Source: Phycisphaerales bacterium (lineage in GTDB: Bacteria > Planctomycetota > Phycisphaerae > WQYP01). From it: DNA of 64,000 nt. Shown here piece by piece: positions 9,887 through 19,679 of this stretch. The stretch is taken from contig DAIDJN010000059.1 in NCBI GenBank assembly GCA_027451365.1, forward strand, positions 1 to 64,000, read 5' to 3'. Position numbers and translations under genes: made by a program. Each line of letters begins with the position of its first letter. The first letter of the stretch is position 1. The notes beneath the pieces were generated by a model. It was not told the DNA's origin. It did no database searches and worked only from the letters and a program-made list of their open reading frames with translations.

Positions 9887-10306
9887 ATGGCAGCTTCCCC
9901 CTCCGGTTCGGTTCCTTCGCAGCTTTCCTCCGCATTTGCCGCAGGCGTCGTCGGCGCGCTGGTGCTGTGCGGTGCTGCATGGCTGTTGGTTAAAATGCAC
10001 ATCTTTTCCCTGCTGCATTGCACCATATCACTTCCGATAGGCCGCGAATGGATATATTCGCGCCTGGTCTGGGGCGGAATCTTTGGTCTGTTTTTCGTAC
10101 TGCCCATCTGGTCAGGAAAAACCGTTAGGCGCGGCCTCCTGTTTGGATTGCTTCCGTCGCTGTTCCAATTGTTTGTGGTTTTTCCGCTCCTTCTTCACCA
10201 GCGGGTCATGGGGTTGAATTTTGGTTATACCACGCCGCTTTTTGTAGTGGTGCTGAATCTGCTCTGGGGTCTTGCCACTGCGGGTTGGCTGGCCATGCTG
10301 GGATAA
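9887..10306 (+). CDS. Small hypothetical membrane protein (about 4 TM)
   Basis: AGGAG RBS before ATG 9887; hydrophobic segments; YSRLVWGG, P.LFQLFVVFP and LNLLWG motifs. Confidence 0.75.
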   Translation: MAASPSGSVPSQLSSAFAAGVVGALVLCGAAWLLVKMHIFSLLHCTISLPIGREWIYSRLVWGGIFGLFFVLPIWSGKTVRRGLLFGLLPSLFQLFVVFPLLLHQRVMGLNFGYTTPLFVVVLNLLWGLATAGWLAMLG

Positions 10307-10497
10307 TGCCATTCCCAATGACGGAGGTTGGATTTACTCAATTTTAACAATTGCTCATCAGAATGACCGCCAGGCCGCATAGAAATGGGTGGCCCGAATA
10401 CGTTCGGATACATAGTTGAAGGCCCGCTGGCATTATTTTCGCGCCAGGGCCGTCCCGGACCTGATTAAAAAATATCCCCTTGAACCAAGGAGTTCCG

Positions 10498-13233
10498 ATG
10501 AAAGTTCGATTCTTTGCCTGCCAAACCTCCACCGCCACCGCTTTTGCTGGAATTATTCTAATGGCGGCATTCGGCTTGCCTTTACTTTCTGTCCGCGCGT
10601 CCATCCCCGGCGGGCGCAGTGGTTCCAAGGTTCTGCTGCCCAGTGGGCGGGCACTTGCCCCGGCCGGCCGTTTGGTTGCCACCCCCAACTTCGCAGTGAA
10701 TGTCGTGGTGTCCGCGGGAAAGGTCGTGGTTGCGGCCTCCGGTGCGTCGCAGACGCATTCCGTGAGTCTGTTTGACGCTGCATCGCTTAAGCCGGTCGCA
10801 CAGCTTTTATTGTTTCGGCAAAAGCCCTGGTGGAGTAAAGTGATTCATGGGATTAACCATCAAAGCCTGTTTCAAGGCATGGTCGCAGGTCCGGGGGGGA
10901 ATATTTACGTCGCTGGCGGCTGCAGTGATGATATTCTCGTTCTCCATGCAGTCGCTGAAAAGTTTCGGCTTATCCGGCGATTTGCCCTTCATGGCCAACC
11001 ATTCCCCGCCACGCAATATCCCTATGAATACCAGGGGCCGCATGGTGGAACCCGGCTCTTTTATCCTGATTCCGTCGCAGTTGGTGCCACTGGCCACCAC
11101 ATTTTCACCACAGGTTTACTGAGCAACGCCGTGGCGCGAATCAACCTGACCAGCGGCCGGGTGCAATATGCCAATAGCGGTCCATTTCCTTTTCAGGTTG
11201 CCGTTGCCAACCATGGCCACCTGCTGGTTGTGAGCAACTGGGGAGGCAACAGTCTTTCGGTACTGAACGCGCAAAATCTCAAACCGCTTGGCCGCATTTC
11301 CCTCGGACCGCGCACCGGGCCGCAAAATCAGTTGCCGGGCGTTCATCCCACCGCCATAGTACCCGTCGGAAACTCCTCGCAACTGTGGGTTGCCTGCGCC
11401 AACACCGATGTGCTGGTGAAAGTCGACGCCGTAAAGCTTAAAACCATCGGACTGGCGGTGGACCTTCCGTACGCCGGCGCACCGCCCGGAACTTTTCCCG
11501 ACGCCCTGGCAATTCACGGCAAATATCTCTTTGCCGCCAACAGTGGAAACAATGATGTTGCCGTATTTGACGCAGCCTCTGGAAAATCGCTTGGCCTTAT
11601 TCCCACCGCTTGGTACCCCACCAGTCTGGCCGTAAAGGGTGGCAATCTTTTTGTTGCCTGTGCCAAAGGTTTGGGCAGCGGTCCGGGGACATACCAGCAC
11701 TGGATAGGCGACTCGATGAGCGGCTCACTGGAGAAAATTCCGCTGCGGAATCTGTCAATCGACCTGGCGGCCTGGACACATACCGCGCTGGCTGATAACG
11801 GGTTTACTAGCCTTCAGCGGGCCGCGCGCCGCCGGCACAATTCCCGCGTGGCACTATTTATTCACAAGCATATCCGTCATGTCGTCTTTATTCTGCGGGA
11901 AAATAAAACTTTTGATGAAGACTTCGGCGCCTATCGCCCCGCCGGCAAATGGGCTGACCCGAAATTAGACCTGTACAACGGTCATGAACTGCCCAATCTT
12001 TACAACTTGGCCCACCGATCCGCGCTCTGTGTTAATTTTTATGTCGATGGCGAAGTCACCGCACAGGGGCATCAGTGGACGACCAGTGCCGAGGATTCTG
12101 ATTTTGTGCAGCGCACCTGGCCAATGTATTATTCCGGTCGCGGAATGGTGCCCGGTCCTGGCTGGACCCAGAGCCTCGGAGGCAATGCGGGTAAAAGCGG
12201 CAACGGCTTTGGCGACGGGGATAACCCGTTCAGCGCATCAGAAAATCTTTCGGTACTGGGCCACTGGGCAAATCCATGGATAACTTATCCACAGGGAATG
12301 TTTCTTTTCAATAACCTGTTAACCCATCATAAAAGTTTTATGGACTTCGGCGAATTTGCCGCGCGTAATCAGGCCGGTGATATTTCCGCCGCCATGCGCC
12401 GGCACATGTCCGCGAAATCCGCCGCTTGGGACCTGTTTATTCTGGACACCAATCGCGCCGCGGTTGTAACGCGCTATATCGCCACGCATCAGAGCCATCT
12501 TCCAGATTGCATGTATATTTGGCTTCCGGATGATCACACCGCTGGCGGCACGCCGGGTTATTACACTCCGGATTATTACGTCGCCAACAACGACCGGGCA
12601 ACCGGCCAGATTATCGCGGCTTTAAGTCGTCTGCCCGCCTGGCGTCATACCCTCGTCATCATCACCGAAGACGACGCGCAGTCCGGTGCCGACCATATCG
12701 ACGCCCACCGTAGTCTTGCTTTGTTGGTTAGCCCTTGGATAAAGCCGGCTTGTCTGGTTACACACCGTTACTCGCAGATCGATCTGACCCGCATCATTGA
12801 GTGCGTCTGCCACCTGCCCGCAATGTCTCAATGGGATGCGAATGGACGGTTGATTTCCGGCATCTGGACACACAGGCCTCATCTGGCACCGATTCTGGCT
12901 CTGGCCATTGGCGTGCCCAAACAGTTGAATCCCGGCCATGTACCGGCCATGCGGCGCCTTCGTTTCAAGGCCGGCAGCGATGGCCAGTGGCTTTCACCAG
13001 AATGGCTCAAAGCACATGGAATTGGCTCGCGACTTGGCCATTCACTTCCGGCTTTTACGCCTACGGCGCTTGGGAAAATCCCCGGTCCTGAACAAATGCG
13101 GCAGGAATGGATTATTTCCAGGGGGCGCGTCAGTTATCAGAATGTGATGGCCTATATTCATCAGCTCGCAGCGCGTGAACATCGCCCATTATCAGCATTT
13201 GTCGCCACCACTGATGCCGACGACGGCGATTGA
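10498..13233 (+). CDS. Secreted YncE/YVTN-like beta-propeller fused to a phosphoesterase (alkaline-phosphatase superfamily) domain
   Basis: AAGGAG RBS and signal peptide; propeller repeats (VSNWGGNSLSV, ANSGNNDVAV, IPTAWYPTSL); C-terminal HVVFILRENKTFD, LPDDH, EDDAQSGADH.DAHRS. Confidence 0.85.
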   Translation: MKVRFFACQTSTATAFAGIILMAAFGLPLLSVRASIPGGRSGSKVLLPSGRALAPAGRLVATPNFAVNVVVSAGKVVVAASGASQTHSVSLFDAASLKPVAQLLLFRQKPWWSKVIHGINHQSLFQGMVAGPGGNIYVAGGCSDDILVLHAVAEKFRLIRRFALHGQPFPATQYPYEYQGPHGGTRLFYPDSVAVGATGHHIFTTGLLSNAVARINLTSGRVQYANSGPFPFQVAVANHGHLLVVSNWGGNSLSVLNAQNLKPLGRISLGPRTGPQNQLPGVHPTAIVPVGNSSQLWVACANTDVLVKVDAVKLKTIGLAVDLPYAGAPPGTFPDALAIHGKYLFAANSGNNDVAVFDAASGKSLGLIPTAWYPTSLAVKGGNLFVACAKGLGSGPGTYQHWIGDSMSGSLEKIPLRNLSIDLAAWTHTALADNGFTSLQRAARRRHNSRVALFIHKHIRHVVFILRENKTFDEDFGAYRPAGKWADPKLDLYNGHELPNLYNLAHRSALCVNFYVDGEVTAQGHQWTTSAEDSDFVQRTWPMYYSGRGMVPGPGWTQSLGGNAGKSGNGFGDGDNPFSASENLSVLGHWANPWITYPQGMFLFNNLLTHHKSFMDFGEFAARNQAGDISAAMRRHMSAKSAAWDLFILDTNRAAVVTRYIATHQSHLPDCMYIWLPDDHTAGGTPGYYTPDYYVANNDRATGQIIAALSRLPAWRHTLVIITEDDAQSGADHIDAHRSLALLVSPWIKPACLVTHRYSQIDLTRIIECVCHLPAMSQWDANGRLISGIWTHRPHLAPILALAIGVPKQLNPGHVPAMRRLRFKAGSDGQWLSPEWLKAHGIGSRLGHSLPAFTPTALGKIPGPEQMRQEWIISRGRVSYQNVMAYIHQLAAREHRPLSAFVATTDADDGD

Positions 13234-13307
13234 AACTCTCTGCCGTTTCAAGTGCCTTGCGTTGAATCCTGCCTCGCGCGGCGGTATTTATAAAGGACGA
13301 ACATTCT

Positions 13308-14723
13308 GTGAGCGAACTTCTCGATCAGATGGATCGTGCTCCAATGACCAGCCTTCATCGACGGCTCGCCTGGGCCGCCGGACTGGGCATTTTTCTGGAC
13401 GGTTACGACCTGGTCATCATCGGAGTTGTGCTCGTGCAGCTTAAGGCACAGTGGCACCTGTCGCCTCACCAGATTGGAATTTTGGGCAGCGCCGCTTTGG
13501 CCGGTGCCTTTGTCGGTGCTCTTGCCGGCGGACGAATTGCCGATCGCTACGGCCGCAAAGCCGTTTACATTATTGATCTTCTTACATTTCTCGTGGCAGC
13601 GGTTCTTTGCGGCCTTTCCTGGAATCTTTATTCGCTGGCAATCTTTCGCTTTATTCTGGGTGTCGGCGTGGGAGCGGATTATCCGATCAGTGCCACCTAT
13701 CTGGCTGAATTCATGCCGGCGAAGCGGCGCGGGTCCATTTTGTCCTGGACCTTCGGGCTGTGGGTTTTTGGTGCCATCGCAGCTGGACTGATTGGCTTTA
13801 TCTGTCTGCGGGACCCGGCCAATGGCTGGCGGTGGATGTTTATTTTTGGGGCGCTGCCGGCCACTTTCGTCGTGTACCTGCGAGGCAGCCTTCCCGAATC
13901 TCCCCGCTGGTACTTGCGCAATAATCAGCCCGAAAAAGCCGCGCAGGTTATAGCCCGCCTGAACCCGGTCATTCATCCAGCCGAAATTCAGCGGATGCTG
14001 CGGGAGTTGCCGTTAACTTCATCCGCCCGCGTCAGCCCGCTACGACTTTTCCGTCCACCACTGCTTCGTTCCACGCTGCTGGTGTGCCTCCCATGGTTCG
14101 TCATGGATCTCGTCGGCTATTACCTGACAATTTACACGCCCCTTATTCTCGGCCAGCTTGGTTTCGGTTCCGCAGGCGATCGCGTGCTTGGCGGCGCAAT
14201 TCTGAACATGTCATTTCTGCTCGGCTATATTCCGCTCGCCCTGTTCATTGACAAAATTGGCAGAATCTGGCCACAGATCATCGGATTTCTCGGCAGTGCT
14301 GTCGCATTGTGGCTTGTCGGCATGGCGTCGGTTCACGTCCATCGCGTCGCTCATGTCTTCGCCGGCCACACCGCCTTTATCATGCAGGCGAGCGCAGGTA
14401 CGCTGGCGGTCATTTTTATCGGAATGCTCCTGTCGCAAATTACCAATAGCTTCGGACCTGGCAATACCACCTATATACTCGCATCTGAAGTTTATCCGAC
14501 CGACGTGCGCGCCACCGGCCACGGTTTTGCCACTGCCTTTTCGCGGCTCGGAGCCGTGGCCAGCACCTTCTTTTTGCCGATCATTCAGGTGCGAATAACG
14601 CAACAGCATTTCTTTTTCCTGCTCGGTGCCCTGTCCGCAATTGGTGGTGCCCTCACCTGGCTCTTCCGAGTCAATACCACCGCCAAGCCGCTGTTACAGG
14701 ACGTTTCGGCACCTGATCTTTAA
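13308..14723 (+). CDS. MFS transporter (sugar-porter/phosphate:H+ symporter-like)
   Basis: LDGYDL, GRIADRYGRK, GADYP...AEFMP, PESPRW and SEVYPT..RATG motifs; about 12 TM; GTG start. Confidence 0.93.
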   Translation: MSELLDQMDRAPMTSLHRRLAWAAGLGIFLDGYDLVIIGVVLVQLKAQWHLSPHQIGILGSAALAGAFVGALAGGRIADRYGRKAVYIIDLLTFLVAAVLCGLSWNLYSLAIFRFILGVGVGADYPISATYLAEFMPAKRRGSILSWTFGLWVFGAIAAGLIGFICLRDPANGWRWMFIFGALPATFVVYLRGSLPESPRWYLRNNQPEKAAQVIARLNPVIHPAEIQRMLRELPLTSSARVSPLRLFRPPLLRSTLLVCLPWFVMDLVGYYLTIYTPLILGQLGFGSAGDRVLGGAILNMSFLLGYIPLALFIDKIGRIWPQIIGFLGSAVALWLVGMASVHVHRVAHVFAGHTAFIMQASAGTLAVIFIGMLLSQITNSFGPGNTTYILASEVYPTDVRATGHGFATAFSRLGAVASTFFLPIIQVRITQQHFFFLLGALSAIGGALTWLFRVNTTAKPLLQDVSAPDL

Positions 14724-15093
14724 TTAAAGACAAATGCTTCGCCGCGTCATTTTCGATTTTAAAATATGCTGATTAAGTCAGCACGCTATCGCTGCGCATC
14801 TTCGAATCGGCAGGCCGATTGGCGAGCGCGGGTTCCAGCCCGGTTGGATTTTGCAATCTGCATCCGATAAAATTCATCATTATCAGGCGTATCTGGGGCT
14901 TCCCTGACCACGGCAATTTGCGAGCTTAAAACTCTCATGGATTTGCCTTGCCGCCTCCGATGAAAGATAGGTTACAGGCCCCGGAGACTTGCCTGCCGCG
15001 ATCCGACCTATGATATCGGCGATTCGCCGCAGCTCGGATTTGCCAGACGCATGGGAGGGCCTGAGGCGTCTATTTTTCAGAAGGTGATTTTCC

Positions 15094-16566
15094 ATGAGTA
15101 CGCCCCATCAACACCAACCACACGGTACGACCGGCCACGCCGGGGACAAGCGCTCGGATGCTCGTGCTGCGGCCAAGGCGGCCCGTCAACAGATGGCTAA
15201 AAAGCTCGCCAGCCTGACCACCGGCTCAGAACTTCTGAAGCTTGTTGAGAAACGCGCCTTTTTAACCGATCCCGAATTTCAAACTTGCCAGCGCTGCACC
15301 AATCCCAAACTTGCGGACGGTTTGCCCTATCACCTTTTCCTGCCCGCCGAAATGGCCCTCTCGCCGGAAGATGTGTTTCCTAACCTGCGCTGGGGCGGGC
15401 GAGCGGTTATGGTAAGCGAAAATTCCATGCTCATTAGTGAACTTGCTCAAAAGTTTGTCCGCTGGGACGGCTTTGTCATTGAAAAGCAGCCCACCGCCAT
15501 GCGACAACCGGTACTGGGAATGCACCTGCCCTGGTTCGGCAAACCGCTGCATTATTTTATCGCGCGTAAGGTGGACCTGCTGAAGCCCGGTGAATCCACA
15601 GACCGGTTTACGTACCAGGTTCGTCTGACCAAACGCGCTGCCACAGATTCCGAATATGTCGTCGTCAAACAGGTACCGACCGTGGACCGAGTCATATCGC
15701 GTTTGCGCGCCAAATTTCCCGATGCTCCGCTGGATGATATTCGCCGTCGGGCCATGAAATTCACGGAAAAGATATTTCCCGTCTTTCTGACCCGCGAGGC
15801 CGCCATGCTCCAGATTCTGGAACGCGACTTGCCCGCACCGTATAACGAACGCGTGCCGCGATGTCTGGGGGTGGAACATGATTCCAAGGGGTTTGTACGG
15901 GTTATGTACATGAATTGGCTACGCAATGGGGGCGATGGTATTTCCCAACTGGATTTCGCTATTCAGGCCACCGAGTTGCTTTCCGCCCTGCACGATAAAG
16001 TCGGTGTTATTCACCTGGACTTGCGACTTGATAATTTCGTTATCACTGAAAAAGGCGTTGGATTCATCGATTTTGGATCGGCGGTCCGCGTGGGTGAAAA
16101 ATTTGCCGACAATTCCCTGCTTTCAACCCTTTTTGAGGAAATGATGCGCACGAGTCAGATTCAGCGCATGTTGTACCATATGACTGAAACCGGCCTGGTC
16201 ACTTCCGACGTTCTTCGCAGCGGAGTGCATCGCATGGACAAAGCCGTGGATATGTTTTATCTGGCTGTGCAGATGAACAAACCCCATTCCAACCCGGATT
16301 TCAAAGGCCTTGTTCACATGAATGCCAAAAGTCTGGAAGCCCAGCACATCAAGCGCCTTTCCGATGAAATTCTCCGCCCGGTGGATGCCAACGCCGTTCC
16401 TTACCGAAACGCTCAAGAAATTCTGCAGGGCCTGCATAAGGTGCGCGAAGATGTCTTGAATGGACGCGAGGTGGATGCTTCCAACAAAACAGCGGTCAGT
16501 TTTCACGACGACCCCGCCGAAAGCCATCCTGCGCCTGCCGCCTCCAAGCGGACCGCAATTGCCTGA
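15094..16566 (+). CDS. Atypical protein-kinase-like protein with an uncharacterised N-terminal domain
   Basis: YVVVK (beta3 Lys), REAAML (alphaC Glu), IHLDLRLDN, IDFG and DMFYL motifs; AAGGTG RBS. Confidence 0.75.
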   Translation: MSTPHQHQPHGTTGHAGDKRSDARAAAKAARQQMAKKLASLTTGSELLKLVEKRAFLTDPEFQTCQRCTNPKLADGLPYHLFLPAEMALSPEDVFPNLRWGGRAVMVSENSMLISELAQKFVRWDGFVIEKQPTAMRQPVLGMHLPWFGKPLHYFIARKVDLLKPGESTDRFTYQVRLTKRAATDSEYVVVKQVPTVDRVISRLRAKFPDAPLDDIRRRAMKFTEKIFPVFLTREAAMLQILERDLPAPYNERVPRCLGVEHDSKGFVRVMYMNWLRNGGDGISQLDFAIQATELLSALHDKVGVIHLDLRLDNFVITEKGVGFIDFGSAVRVGEKFADNSLLSTLFEEMMRTSQIQRMLYHMTETGLVTSDVLRSGVHRMDKAVDMFYLAVQMNKPHSNPDFKGLVHMNAKSLEAQHIKRLSDEILRPVDANAVPYRNAQEILQGLHKVREDVLNGREVDASNKTAVSFHDDPAESHPAPAASKRTAIA

Positions 16567-16885
16567 GCCGCGCCGGAATGCGATTGTCGCAATTCCGGAT
16601 TGCTCTGTTTGCCGCAGCGGCATAAGCGGCCGCGCAGGCCGTCAACTGTATACCGCCCATGGCCCCGATTCAAAAAACGCGCGAACGCACACAGAATTAG
16701 CTCGCATCTGGGCCACCCGGCCCAAATTGGTGTATAATCCGTCTTATTGCTAAGATTGCCGGTTGCGGCGGGGCGTAAAACGGCAGACGCCAGGCTTCAT
16801 GACCGCATGGCGGGAATCTGACTGCCGGACGGATTTTAGTGGCCGCCAGGCCTGATTGAGTTTTCGCGACACGGAAAGGGCGCGT

Positions 16886-17179
16886 ATGTTGGCATTGAGC
16901 CGAAGTGAAGGACAAAGCATCATTATTAACGGCACAATTGAGGTAAAAGTCGTCAAATGGTCGCGAAGCAGCGTGCGCCTGGCCATTCAGGCCCCACGCG
17001 ATGTCGCCATCGACCGCGACGAAATCTGGCGGCGAATGCATCCCGGCCAGAAGTCCCCTTTGGAAAAGGCCGAAGCTGATCGGCACATTTCGCTGCCCGC
17101 ATCGACCCCCTCAAATCCGGTCGCCAGCCAGTCAAAGGCGGACGATGCACCCTCAGACTCTGCCCGGCAATCCGACTGA
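16886..17179 (+). CDS. csrA: Carbon storage regulator CsrA
   Basis: MLALSRSEGQSIII...IEVKVV...VRLAIQAPRDVAIDRDEI plus a low-complexity tail. Confidence 0.9.
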   Translation: MLALSRSEGQSIIINGTIEVKVVKWSRSSVRLAIQAPRDVAIDRDEIWRRMHPGQKSPLEKAEADRHISLPASTPSNPVASQSKADDAPSDSARQSD

Positions 17180-17425
17180 ACGGCCCGGCGGCTGATTCCG
17201 CCAGTTCCGTGGGCTAGCCTGGGGGGCAATCCAGGTACGGCAATCGATCTATAGCATCGCCGTTAGGTTTCTTAATATGCTGGATTGGACCGCACCGGCC
17301 CCATCCGGCGTACAATATACGCAGGTCCGGCATACCGATTAGGGCAAGGCCAGGGAGTGATTGAACGGTGGCTCGTGTGGCGTGGAACGCTTCACACGCT
17401 GAAGGATTCAAGCGGCGAGACATTT

Positions 17426-18781
17426 ATGAAATCATTTATGCATTCATTCCGTGCAGAGCGGCTGGCCGTGGTTTGCGTTCGCGGCCGTGTTGGTTCTTTG
17501 TGCATATTGGTACCGATTCTTTTTCTTGTTGCATTGCTTCTGCCCGCGGCACCGTGCGGCTGGGCCGCACCTGTTGATCGCGGCTCGCCTGCGCATTTAC
17601 GCCGTTTGTCAAATTCCGTCGGTCAGCCCGAACCTTGGCACGCGTCACATGACGCCCGTCCATCCGACAATTCGCGCCTCGCTGATTCATCCGCGCAACC
17701 ACCGGCAAAGCCCCCGCGGCTTCCGAGAAAGATGCAGATAAATCTGGCCTGGCAAATTGCCCTGGCGGCGAATAACTTCTCGCCCGGCATTATTGACGGT
17801 GTGTTCGGCCCTAATTCACGCATCGCTTTGCGGGAATATTCACGAGCCTTTTTTCCTGGCCACAACCCTTTCAATCCCCACGACCCCACTATATATAATG
17901 CCTTGGGAGTCGATGTGCGGCACGTTATTGCCCAGTACACCATTTCCAATCGCGATGCCCAGGCGGTCGGCCATCTGCATTATCACTGGCGGGCCATGGC
18001 GGCCGCGGCGCGAATGCCGTACAGCAGTCTAGCCGATTGTCTATGCGAAAAATTTCACACCACTCGTCGATTGCTTTCCCGTCTGAATCCTGGTGTGGAC
18101 TTAAAAAAGCTGGCCGTTGGACAAACTCTTTTCGTGCCCAATATTCGCCCGTTTCCAACGCATAACGATTTCGGTCTTCCTGGCGGCCTTTCAACCGTTA
18201 TTAAGTTGGACAAAACCACCATGTCCATGCCGAACGTGGCCTATTTAACCATCAATCTTGAGCAGAAGGCGATTCGGGCCTACACCGCTCATAATCGGGA
18301 AGTCGCTCTGTTTCACTGCTCAATTCCTGCGCATAAGGCCGATTATCCCCTGACCGACGCGGTCATTAAAAATTTTGCCTTGAATCCGGATTATACTTTT
18401 CTGCCTTCAGTATTCCATTCCGTACATGATATTCATCGACCGCTTCTAATTCCGCCCGGACCGCGCAATCCGGTGGGTGTGGTATGGATGGGATTGAGCA
18501 TTCCAAATGTCGGAATGCACGGCAATCCGGAGCCGCAATACATTGGAATTACCGGATCTCATGGATGCTTTCGCATGACCAACTGGGACGCAGTGCGGCT
18601 GTTTACACTGATCCACATTGGCCTTCCGGTTATCATCATTAACCAAGCCCGGCCCATTCCACTGACGGTTGACCTTCCGCCGGGCCTTCATCCTCCGGGT
18701 GTCAGCTTGTCGGCTATTAGGAAACTCAGGTCCGATCGGCTATACTCAAATGAACGGGAAAGCCCTGTTTCACGCCCTTAG
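17426..18781 (+). CDS. L,D-transpeptidase with peptidoglycan-binding and LysM-like domains
   Basis: FSPGIIDGVFG.NS (PG-binding), EKFHTT..LL.RLNP (LysM-like), PGPRNPVG, HG.PEP...SHGCFRMTNWD (YkuD catalytic motif). Start uncertain. Confidence 0.9.
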   Translation: MKSFMHSFRAERLAVVCVRGRVGSLCILVPILFLVALLLPAAPCGWAAPVDRGSPAHLRRLSNSVGQPEPWHASHDARPSDNSRLADSSAQPPAKPPRLPRKMQINLAWQIALAANNFSPGIIDGVFGPNSRIALREYSRAFFPGHNPFNPHDPTIYNALGVDVRHVIAQYTISNRDAQAVGHLHYHWRAMAAAARMPYSSLADCLCEKFHTTRRLLSRLNPGVDLKKLAVGQTLFVPNIRPFPTHNDFGLPGGLSTVIKLDKTTMSMPNVAYLTINLEQKAIRAYTAHNREVALFHCSIPAHKADYPLTDAVIKNFALNPDYTFLPSVFHSVHDIHRPLLIPPGPRNPVGVVWMGLSIPNVGMHGNPEPQYIGITGSHGCFRMTNWDAVRLFTLIHIGLPVIIINQARPIPLTVDLPPGLHPPGVSLSAIRKLRSDRLYSNERESPVSRP

Positions 18782-19008
18782 GCTGCCAACCGGGCGCTCG
18801 AGCGAGAATAAACTTTTGGGGAAAAAGAAAATTGTTGTAAGGGCCGCAACCTTACCTCGACCAATAGGCCGAGATAGAGGGTGTGGCAGGCGTCACTGCC
18901 CATCAACCTTTTCCGTTCGTTTCGGGCCCGAATGAACGGCGAAAGTTACCGCGTCCGCCGACGTTCGTTGGACGCAAGTTCGTTATGTTCCCTTTTTGGA
19001 GTTCTCAT

Positions 19009-19380
19009 ATGAACAAGTACCTCACATCGTTTCTGGCCGCGGCTGTGGCCGTAACCGCACTTACCGGTAGCGCCTTTGCCGCAAAACTTCCGACCGTCAC
19101 GGTCAAAGGAACTCTGCTGGATATGAAGTGCTTCAGTGCCGCTGGTGTCACTTCACGCAAGCATGGAATGGGCTGCGGCAAAACCTGCCTTAGCGAAGGC
19201 CTTCCAGCTGGTATTTTGGTTCACGGCAAGGCATGGACTTTGGCCACCAACAGCAAGAAGCTGGCCAACTATGTCGGACTGAAGATCAAGGTAACCGGTC
19301 AGGCCGACGCCAAAGACAGTATCGTGATCCCGACTTCCATCAAGGTCTGGGTTCACGGCATGTGGAAAAAAGTTGGCTGA
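19009..19380 (+). CDS. Small secreted basic protein with a C...H-x3-C-x3-C motif
   Basis: GGAG RBS; signal peptide ending SAFA; DMKC...HGMGCGKTC; strong terminator downstream. Confidence 0.8.
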   Translation: MNKYLTSFLAAAVAVTALTGSAFAAKLPTVTVKGTLLDMKCFSAAGVTSRKHGMGCGKTCLSEGLPAGILVHGKAWTLATNSKKLANYVGLKIKVTGQADAKDSIVIPTSIKVWVHGMWKKVG

Positions 19381-19437
19381 GTTGTCCTTGGCAGTCCATC
19401 CACGAACTGCTGATTCCTTAACTTTGAATTCACCATC

Positions 19438-19470
19438 GGGCCGCCGGAATGTCATTCCGGCGGCTCTTTT
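19438..19470 (+). terminator. Intrinsic terminator
   Basis: GGGCCGCCGGAAT-GTC-ATTCCGGCGGCTC followed by TTTT. Confidence 0.8.
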
Positions 19471-19679
19471 CGTGAAATTTCTGAATCCGATATTTGATTC
19501 AAAATTCATCTTGAATCAAGAGCGTCCGATTGCCCCGGCAAGCGCGGGCTTACTTAATCGCCGTCGAGATAATCCGGCGCGGCAACAGAGAATATTTTTG
19601 AAGTCCGCGCGGTTCCGACACGTTGAATGGACGCAAATGATACCTTTTCGGTCCTAATCATTTGTCGGCGGATGCCCGG

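Noticed and set aside
14862..14871. sigma28-like -10 box (TCCGATAA) upstream of the kinase
   Set aside because: There is no convincing -35, and the motif is too short to support.
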